DNA of 64,000 nucleotides. Origin: Octopus vulgaris. Lineage: Eukaryota. Shown here piece by piece: positions 54,287-64,000 of this stretch. Every line of letters starts with the position of its first letter. The first letter of the stretch is position 1. The stretch spans positions 26,660,001-26,724,000 of the forward strand of contig OX597839.1 in the NCBI GenBank assembly GCA_951406725.2. Reading direction: 5' to 3'. Position numbers and translations under genes: made by a program. Under the pieces are notes generated by a model. The model made no database searches and had not been told where the DNA came from. It saw nothing but the letters and a program-made list of their open reading frames with translations.

Positions 54287-54551
54287 CTGGTGTCGTTCTG
54301 GTTAGTTGTAACACCAGGAAAAAGAATTCATTTCGCTCGGTGTATTCTTTTACGCTTTTTTTACTTGTTTCACTCAGGTGAATGCGGCCATGCTGGAGCA
54401 CCGCGTTTTTTAGTCGAACAAATCGACCCCAGGACTTATTGCTTGTAAGCCTAGTGCTTATTCTATCGGTCTTCTTTGCCAAACGGGGACGTAAACACAC
54501 CAACATAGGTTGTCAAGCGATTTTGCGGGGACAAATACAGACACACTCATG

Positions 54552-54601
<50 letters not shown>

Positions 54602-54651
54602 AACTGAAAAAAGCCCATCATATATATATACATATTTATTTTCTGTTATTC

Positions 54652-54687
54652 CTTTCTGCTGAAGAGCATAGGTTCGAAATGTAAAAG
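54652..54687 (+). ncRNA. Hammerhead motif (A6C core variant)
   Basis: CTTT-CTGCTGA-A-GAGC atag GTTC-GAAA-TG-TA-AAAG. Confidence 0.55.
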
Positions 54688-54751
54688 ACGTTTTCACTTT
54701 CTTCTTTGGATTGCATTTTACTCTTCACTAAACTTGAATAACTGTTTAATT

Positions 54752-55175
54752 ATTTTTAAATCTCAAAACGTGAGATATTCAGCAACAGTACTTTGGAGTA
54801 AAGATTGTTTGCCAACATAACATGGCAGTCCTGGTTTAGGACGAATGTTGCTGTAATTTAGTACGACACGATCTGTGTCCTTATATTTTCGAACAAGGGA
54901 ATCTAGAATCCCCACTCAGCTCAAGACAATATCTGTGTATTGCAATTTCCGATAAACTAGGACATGGTGATAGGAGCAATGGTGATGGTGGTGGTGGCAG
55001 TGTCGATGATTATGTTAATGGCGGTGGTGGTGGTGGTGGTAGTGGGGTGCTGTGGCAGTGGTGGTAACGTTGTCAAGCGATGGAACGGGGATAATGTCTC
55101 CTGGGGCTAATTTACAGCAACATTCGTCCTAAACCAGGACTGCCGTGTTATGTTAGCAAACAATCTTTACTCTAA
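54752..55175. mobile_element. Second copy of the long-TIR MITE, carrying an extra internal segment
   Basis: TIR GAGTAAAGATTGTTTGCCAACATAACATGGCAGTCCTGGTTTAGGACGAATGTTGCTGTAA, with its reverse complement at ~55112-55172. Confidence 0.85.
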
Positions 55176-56359
55176 TGGTTTTAATGTTGTGAAACCAGGA
55201 TTTTCTTACACCTGAAGAATTTTGATATTGGTGTGGAATCTGGCTATACTGATAGCCCAAATTTGGGGCTGAATGTTGCATTGGGAATACCCTATCTTTC
55301 GACACTGCCTGACCCTTATACACACACACACATATTGTGGTAAGAAGCCTCCTTCCCAACCACGTGGTCCCAGGTTCAGTCCCACTGTGTGGCACCTTGT
55401 GCAGGTGCTTTCTTCTACAGCCTCAGGCTGATCAAAACCTTAAGAGTGGATTTGGCAGAAAGAAGCCTGTCATATCCCTCTCTCTCTCTCTTTTGGAGAG
55501 GCACTGAGCAGCTATACGCGCACATACACACACGGCAGTAACTTCCACCTACCGAATTCAATCACAAAGCTCCGGTCGGCTCAGGGCTATAGTGGAAGGC
55601 ACTTATGTATATATATATATAGATTCAAATGAATATGGTACTTAACTTAGATGCACCAGAATATTTTTTTATGGTATTACCCATAAAATTATGTGGGGTG
55701 ATTATAACCAAAAAATAAGCAACAAGAATGGATCGGTAGATTAGTACAATTGTTTCATACTATAAGAATTTATTAAAGCTGCAAATATTACAGCAAATAT
55801 AATATGTCAAATAATCTTCAGGTAATTTCATATAGGTTTTCCCATAATGTAAAGTTCTCAAATCAATTAGTAACATCCTAGAGAGTGTAAATATACCGAT
55901 AAACTTGTAGATGTGAGTTCCAGGAACTTGAAGCAAGATGCCAAGCAAACCATATATGGAGTGGTTGGCGTTAGGAAGGGCGTCCAGCTGTAGAAACACT
56001 GCCAGATCAGACTGGAGCCAGGTGCAGCCTTCTGGCTTCCCAGATCCCCGGTCGAACCGTCCAACCCATGCTAGCATGGAGAACGGACGTTAAACGATGA
56101 TGATGATGATGATAATCCTTTCTAGTGGAGGTTCAAGACCTGAAATTTGAGGGGTGGGGACTAGTTGATTACATCGACCCAAGTATTTCGCTGGTACTTA
56201 ATTTGTTGACTCTGAAAGGATGAATCCTGTCAGGGTCGATAAATTTAAGTTGACCTTAGCAGAGTTTGAACTCATAATGTAAAGACTGACGAAATGCCGC
56301 TAAGCATTTTGTCTGACGCAATAACCGTTCTGCCAGCTTGCAGCCTGAACAATAATAAC

Positions 56360-56403
<44 letters not shown>

Positions 56404-56519
56404 GAAGTAGAAGAAGAAGAAGAAGAAGAAGAAGAATTTCCCTTTTGTATGGTAATTTATTGCACAAGAATTACACATGAAAACATATCAAACATCAGGA
56501 TAAGGAACATCAACATCAA

Positions 56520-57797
56520 TAAGAAGCACATGAATAGTGAAAAAGAAGAAGGAAGAAAATGAAGGAGAAGAGAAGGCAAGGAAGAAGAGGAAGAGAATTA
56601 GGAGGAGAAAAAGACGGAAAAGGAGAAGGCAGAAGAAGAGGAGGAAGAAGTGTAGGAGGAGGTAAAAGAGGGCAAGGCGGAGAAGGTGGAGGGAGAGGAG
56701 GAGGAGGAGGAAGAAGAAGGAAAAGAAGGGAGGAGAATGATAAAGAAGGTAGGAGGGGGAGGGGGAGGAGAATGATAAAGAAGGTAGGAGGAGGAGGGGG
56801 AGGGGGAGGAGGAAGAAGGCAATGAGACAGAGGAGGAAGAAGAGGGAAAAAAAGAAAGGGAGGAGGAGGACGAAGAAGAAGAAGGAAAAGAAGAAAGGGA
56901 GGAGGAGGAGGAGGAAAAAGAAGGCAAAGCGATGGAGGAGGAAGAAGAAAGGGAGGAGGAGGAGGGAGAGGAAAATAAGGCAATGAGGAGGTAGAGGAGG
57001 TAGAAGAAGGAAAAGCAGGAAGGGTGGTGGAGGAGGAGGAAGAAAAAGAAGGCAACGAGATGGAGGAGAAGGAGGAGGAGGAAGAGGAGAGGAAGAAGAA
57101 GAAGAAGGAGGAGGAAAAGGAGAAGAATGTTTGGAGGAGGAAAGAGAAGAAGAAGAAGAAGTTCAGCTGCAAGTGCATGGCACAGCCTGCCACTGCACAT
57201 GTTGCAGTGGTGGTGGTCGTGGTGTGTGGGGGGGGCATCGGGTTGGCTTGAGTCATTACTAATGCCATAAACAGGTAGGTAAGGTGGTGAGTGGCATGGG
57301 TGGAGAGGTGGGTTTCTAGATTTGTGTGTATTTCTTTCCAAAACAAACAAAATGAGGTCAATGTCCTTCACTGCTATTGTTTCCTTCACATTCACCTGCT
57401 TCACCAGCTGCTGCTGCTGAGGCCACTGCTGCTACTGCTGCCGCTGCTGCTACTACTGCCCCTGCTGCTGCTTCTGCTTTTCCTCTTGCTGCTGCTGTTG
57501 TTGTTGTGCATCTCTTGCGCCTCACGCCACTTTTTCCTTTTTAATTCTTTCTTCTTTCCTTCTTTTTTTTCTGTCTACCTTTCTTTCTTTCCTTCTTTCT
57601 TTTTTTCCTTTTCTCTGTCTTTCTTTGTTTTTTTCCTTCTTATTTGTTTATTTGTTTCTTTCTATCTTTCTTTCTTTCTGTCTTCCTTTCCTTCCTTCTT
57701 TCTTTCTTTCTTTCTTTCTTCCTTCTTTTTCCTTCTATCTTTCTTTCCTTCTTTCTGTCTTCCTTTCCTTCTTTCTTTCCTTCTTTGTCTTCCTTTC

Positions 57798-57858
<61 letters not shown>

Positions 57859-57997
57859 TTTTCCTTTCTTTCTTTCTCTCATTCCTTCCTTCTCTTTCTT
57901 TCTTTCTGTCTTCCTTTCCTTCTTTCTTTCTTTCTTCTTTCTTTCTTTCTATCTTTTTACTTCTATCTTTCTTTCCTTCTTTCTGTCTTCCTTTCCT

Positions 57998-58030
<33 letters not shown>

Positions 58031-58120
58031 TTTTTCCTTCTATCTTTCTTTCCTTCTTTCCTTCTTCCTTCCTTCCTTTTCCTTTCTATCTTTCCTTCCT
58101 TCCTTCCTCTTTTCTTTCAT
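56520..58120. repeat. Polypurine tract (56520-57160) and polypyrimidine tract (57530-58120) flanking a unique core
   Basis: (GAA/GGA)-rich tract followed by a (TTTC/TTC)-rich tract. Confidence 0.9.
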
Positions 58121-60276
58121 ATCAAAACATTCACCACGGTTCTGAATCCTTTTTATGGAATATATTTGTATTTGTGTGTGTGTGTGTGTGTGTACGTGTG
58201 TTCATATATATATGGGTGTTTGTGTGTGTGTGTACGTGTGTTCATATATATATGGGTGTTTGTGTGTGTGTGTATGTACATGAACATCTCTTCCTTTTGC
58301 ACACACACACACATACACACACACCCATATATATATATATGAACACATACACACGCACACAAACATATAGACGCATACATACATGCACACGTACACACAC
58401 ACCCATACACACACTTATTTCAATACATGTACTGATTCATATTTGCATATGTGTATGCAATATATTCATTGTTTGTGTGTGTGCATGTGCGTATATATTT
58501 GTATATAGTTTCTATTATATGTATATATATGTGTATATAAACACATATATGTATGTATGTATACATATACATATATATATTTTTACTCTTTTACTTGTTT
58601 CAGTAGTTTGACTGCGGCCATGCTGGAGCACCGCCTTTAGTCGAGCAAATCGACCCCAGGACTTATTCTTTGTAAGCCCAGTACTTATTTTATCGGTCTC
58701 TTTTGCCGAACCGCTAAGTGACGGGGACGTAAACACACCAACATCGGTTGTCAAGCAATGCTAGGGGGACAAACACAGACACACAAACATACACACATAC
58801 ACACATATATTTACATCCCCTGTATTCAATTTTTTTTTGTGCAGGGGTTCCTTGAGACATGTAATTTATTTCAAGGGTTACACAAGGGTAAAAAGGTTGA
58901 GAAACACTGCTCTAACCTTTTGTCCTCTGACACAAGATCACCGCCTCCAATGCCCCCACCCCTCTCAAAGATTCCTTGTCTTGCAAGCTACGCGGTGACC
59001 CTGCAGGGGCTGGTGTCATGTAAAAGGCATCCAGCCCACACTGTAAAGTGGTTGGCATTTGGAAGGGCATCCAGCTGTAACAACCACGCCAAAACAGACA
59101 CTGAAGCCTGGTGCAGTCAAACCGTCCAACCATGACAGTATGGAAGTTGGACATTAAACGATGATGATGATGATATATGTATATATGATGGGCTTCTTTC
59201 AGTTTCCGTTTGCTGTATCCATTAACAAGGCTTTGGTCAGGCTGAGGCTGTGGTACAAGACACGTGCCTGAGGTGCTGTGCAATGGGACTGAACCTGGAA
59301 CCATGTGGTTGCGAAGCAAAGTTCTTACCACACTGCCACACCTAGGGGTAACTATTGGGGAAATATTCTTTTCTACTCGAGGCACAAGGCCTGAAATTTT
59401 TGGGGAGCGGGGATGGGTGGGTGGGGGGCAGTCGATTAAATTGACCCCAGTATGTAACTGGTACTTAATTTATCGACGCCAAAAGGATGAAAGGCTAAGT
59501 TGACCTCAGCAGAATTTGAACTCAGAATGTAGACATATGAAATACTGCTCAGCATTTTGTCAGGCGTGCTAACGTTTCTGCCAGCTTACTGCCATAACAA
59601 TACTCTTTTCTACTCTAGGCACAAGACCCGAAATTTTGGGGGAGGGGGCCAGTCGAATAGCTTGATCCCCAGTACGCAACTGGTACTCATTTAATCAACC
59701 TCGAAAGGATGAAAGGCAAAGTTGACCTCAGCAGAATTTGAACTCAGAATGAAAAGACAGATGAAATATCGCTAAACATTTCGCCCGGTGTTCTAACAAT
59801 TCTGCCAGCTTGCCACCTTATTGGGGAAATATTACCTTGCTCATAAAGATATGCAGGTTAGGGAGAAAGAAGAAGGGCAGCTGGAGCTAGGAAATTTGTC
59901 TTGACTAATCCTTCTGACTCATGCGAGCATAGAAAAGCAGACGTAAAGCCTATGATGCAGAGATGAAAAGGTAGAATCGACCTCGGATTACCTTTGAACT
60001 TAGAAAGCTAAGGTATGTCAGTAATGAAGTCAAGTCATTTTCTGTCTGGCGCTGTACAGGTGAGATTGAGGGTTTTGGGAGGGTGCGTGTGGTGAAGGAC
60101 TCCGGTGGTGGTGGTGGTGGGTAAGGTGTGCAGGGGGGGCAGGGGAGGTAACTGAGGTGTTCCAGTGACTGGGTGAGTGAGGTGGGAAGAAGAGGGGGAG
60201 CAAGTAGGTATGTACAGCGACTGTATTGTGTGTCAGTCTACATACACGTGTGTGCGTGTACTATGTGTGTATGAAT

Positions 60277-60318
<42 letters not shown>

Positions 60319-61019
60319 CATTTTGAACAGTTTCAGGTCTGTAAGCCACAGCTTTGGTGTATTGTTATACTAAAATAGTCCAGCTGGAATGTTGTTTGTA
60401 GGGGTGGTGGTGGCGGTACCGCTGGTGGCAGGCAGCAGTGGTGGTCATGGTGGTGGTGGTGGTGGTGGTGGCGGCAGTGGTGGACGTGATTAAGCTGGTT
60501 GTAGCTGTGGCGATGGTGATTGTAGCGGCGGCGGTGGTGTTGTTGTTGTTGTTGTTGGTGGTGGTGTTGTTGTTGTTGTTGTTGTTGGTGGTGGTGTTGG
60601 TGGTGGTGGTTGTGGTCAGGCAGTGTGGCTGGGTGCCATGTCATGTGATAGCTGCACCTATCTGCACCACGATCAGGGCTAAGTTGGAGAGGGTGAGGGG
60701 AGTTGGTGAAGGTGGCAGCGGTGGTGTTGGTGGTGGTGGTGTTGGTGGTGGTAGTGGTGGTGTGAAGCTTGAAGATATGGTAACCAGGTGTGTGGGGCGT
60801 GTGGAGCTGTGGGGTGGTGGTGGTCGAGGGTGGCAGTGGTGAGGATTGTATATTTGGCAACAGCGGGTTTACAGATGTTTGTGTGTGTGTGTGTGTGTGC
60901 ATGTAGGTGTGTATGTGTGTGTATATGTGTGTGTGTTTGTTTACGTGTGAGTATGTGTGTGTGTTACATATAAATCTATTTTGGCTGATAAGGCATTGGG
61001 TGTGTGTGTTTTATATATA

Positions 61020-61079
<60 letters not shown>

Positions 61080-61452
61080 CTCTTTACTCTTTTATTTGTT
61101 TCAGTCATTTGACTGCGGCCATGCTGGAGCACCACCTTTAGTCGAGCAAATTGACCCCTAGCACTTATTCTATCAGTCTCTTTTGCCGAACCGCTAAGTT
61201 AAGGGGACGTAAACACACCATCATCAGTTGTGAAGCGATTGTGGGGGGACAAACACAAACACACACACACATATATACATATACATATATACGATGGGCT
61301 TCTTTCAGTTTCCGTTTACCAAATGCACTCACAAGGCTTTGGTCAACCCGAGGCTGTAGTAGAAGACACTTACCCAAGCTGCCACACAGTGGGACTGAAC
61401 TCGGAACCATGTGGTTCGTAAGCAACTACCACACAGCCACTATTGCGCCTAT
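61080..61452 (-). mobile_element. Family A SINE
   Basis: Match to the consensus. Confidence 0.88.
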
Positions 61453-61523
61453 ATATTTACTTATGTATTCATATATATATATGTGTGTATGTATGTTTGT
61501 ATGTATATTATCTGTATTTGCAG

Positions 61524-61590
<67 letters not shown>

Positions 61591-61711
61591 GGGAAAGATA
61601 GCTACATATTTGTGTATATTTTGATATGTGTGTGTGAGTATAAACTTATATATATTTATGTATACATGTATGTGTGTGTGTATATATTTATTTATATATA
61701 TTATGCATATA

Positions 61712-61752
<41 letters not shown>

Positions 61753-61815
61753 ACATATATATACTTTCATCTATATCTATATATCTCTCTCTCTCTCTAT
61801 ATATATATATACACG

Positions 61816-61858
<43 letters not shown>

Positions 61859-62339
61859 CCCCCTCCCTCCCGTTGTGTGTATGTATGTGTGTCTGTAGCT
61901 AGGCAATATATGATTGCGTTGTATGCATTGTGATGTCTGTTCGAGTGAATACTTTAGATCTGTGTATCCGTGTATCTGATTGCTTCAGGTTTTTGACCTC
62001 CGTCTTAGTCTTGATACACTGATTAATCTCATTAGTCTAGTTTTAGTCAATAGAATTCCTGGCCTTCACCCTGGCTATCTATGGTTCCTTTTCATCAATA
62101 TAACTACTCCCCATATGGATTTGAGACAGGGACCCATCATACTCATCTTCTCCGAATTCTACCCCTACCCACATACTTTCATTAGAGAATTTTCTAGAAA
62201 TTCCATTGCTCAGTTCTTCCTTGGTCCTTTGTCTAAGTAAGAGGTCGAGGTAGAGAAAGGCAGGAACATGTGGTGTTGTGGCTTTCATGAAGCATCATTA
62301 AAGGAAAATAGCTCAAGAATTGTGTTTTGTATAATAAAC

Positions 62340-63165
62340 ACGAAGAGGTAGGGGCTGAAAAGTTTCTGGCTTTGAGGGTCTCACAAAAAGCTTGGTTGAA
62401 GGCCCAACTTTCTGATTTCTTTTACAGGGCTTAGAAAAGCTGAAGAACCCCTGCAATAAATGTGTGAATCTGAGAGGGGAATATGTTGAATAAAATCATT
62501 ATTAACTGATTCTCCTGTATTTTCTTTTACCCAAAACCAGGAACTTTTCAGAACCCTCCCATGTATCCACACACACACGCACATGAGGAATGCTGTGAAG
62601 TTTATAGTTTTAAGGGCATCGCAAAAGGCCTGATTGGAAGCCCAACCTTCTGACTTCTTTTTTGGGGTTTACAAAAACTGAAGGACCCCTGCAATAAATG
62701 TGTGAATCTGAGAGAGGAGTATGGTGAATAAAACCATAATTAACTGATCCTCCTGTTCTGCTCTATATTTAAGAGATGAGGAAATATGTATATTATTTAC
62801 ATTATTTACATTTGCCCATGGGCATATGGCATACTGATTAAGAGCATGGGCTACTAACCCCAAGATTCTGAGATCGACTCCAGGCAGCGACCTGAATCAT
62901 CATCATCATCATTTAGCGTCTGTTTTCCATGCTAGCATGGGTTGGACGGTTTAACTGGGGTCTGTGAAGCCGGAAGTCTTCATCAGGCCCAGTCAGATTT
63001 GGCAGTGTTTCTACGGCTGGATGCCCTTCCTAACGCCAACCACTCCGTGAGTGTAGTGGGTGCTTTTTACGTGCCACCTGCACAGGTGCCAGACAGAGCT
63101 GGCAAACGGCCACGAACGGATGGTGTTTTTACGTGCCACCGGCACGGGGGCCAGGCGAGGCTGGC

Positions 63166-63210
<45 letters not shown>

Positions 63211-63423
63211 TAATAACATTGAAAAATACCTTAGGAATGAGAACCCAGGTTCAAAATACCCCCAGGACACCTGATGAAGGGATGAGGGTATATCAGCTGA
63301 AACGTTGTGTTAGCAACAAACAAGATGAGGACAAATATCCATCAAATGTAAATAATGTAAATAGCGATCCTCTTGTATTTTCTTTTATTCAAAGCCAGGA
63401 ACTTTTCAGCCTCACCCCTTGTA
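62340..63423 (+). mobile_element. Two internally deleted mariner-family elements, the second split by a nested insertion
   Basis: GLEKLKNPCNKCVNLRGEYVE* resembles the mariner transposase C-terminus; TIR-like GCTGAAAAGTT.CTGG / CCAGGAACTTTTCAG. The second copy runs 62582-62755 and resumes at 63365. Confidence 0.75.
62756..63362 (+). mobile_element. Composite tRNA-head + HHR-tail element (copy 2), containing a family B insertion (62898-63165, -)
   Basis: Inverted terminus 62756-62814; tRNA-like head 62820-62897; (AAT)n; HHR GACAC-CTGATGA...GAAA-CG-TT-GTGTT at 63266-63311. Confidence 0.78.
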
Positions 63424-64000
63424 AATATGGGCACAGGCATGTGGTTAAGAAACTTGCTTCCCAACCACATGGTTTTAGGTTCAGTCCCACTGTGTGGCAC
63501 CTTGGGCTGATCAAAGCCTTGCGAATAGATTTCGTTGATGGAAACTGAAAGAAGCCCATTGTGTGTGTGTGTGTCGCTTTCCTTATCTTTGTCTCTGACT
63601 CACCAGCTCTCTTTATCTTACCCTTTAACCCACCCTCCTATCCCTATCCTTTTAGTTTTCCATTAACTGGCACAAAGCTACCCTTCCAATACTACTCTCC
63701 CCCTCCTCTCAATTGAGGTTTGGTGACCCTGTTGGTGATGGTTCCATGTAAAAAGCACCAAGTACACTCTGTAAAGTAGTTCGCATTAGGAAGGGCCTGC
63801 AGCTATATACTCTGACTATAGACCCTAGTGCAGCTCCTCGCCTTGCCAGTTCCTGTCAATCGTGTGGTGAGGAAGCAAACTTCTTTTATTCATTCAATTG
63901 GCCACAAGGGCCTTACAAAAAAAGGGAGCAAGCTTCTTACCACATAGCCACACCTGCATCTATAAATATGATTGACTGATAGCCATTAAAGCTTTCTTTC

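Noticed and set aside
56598-57404. 268-aa - strand ORF
   Set aside because: Mostly polypyrimidine-derived; the non-repetitive N-terminus has no motif or splice support.

Overview
Eukaryotic DNA, very rich in microsatellites and SINEs. The repeat families (several tRNA-headed SINEs, RTE-LINE tails, Helitron/Helentron-like, mariner and MITE relics) resemble a coleoid cephalopod (Octopus-like) genome; this is an inference. Almost all ORFs in the supplied track are artefacts of (CA)n/(TA)n/trinucleotide repeats. Real coding signal is limited to two phase-compatible + strand exons of an unidentified gene (about 32160-32422 and 44644-44775, 12-kb intron) and transposon relics (RTE reverse transcriptase, mariner C-terminus). 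The most striking feature is a high density of type-I hammerhead ribozyme (HHR) folds from largely unrelated sequence families, about 10 motifs. One is fully canonical (9061-9142), and two carry compensatory swaps of the catalytic C3-G8 pair (G3-C8, U3-A8). Two copies belong to a composite element: inverted terminus + tRNA-like head + HHR tail, i.e. a candidate Penelope-mobilised, ribozyme-bearing SINE/retrozyme. There are also tandem arrays (175, 45, ~43, 34 and ~280 bp), long inverted repeats, nested insertions and one 100-N assembly gap. All calls were made by eye and none is database-verified.
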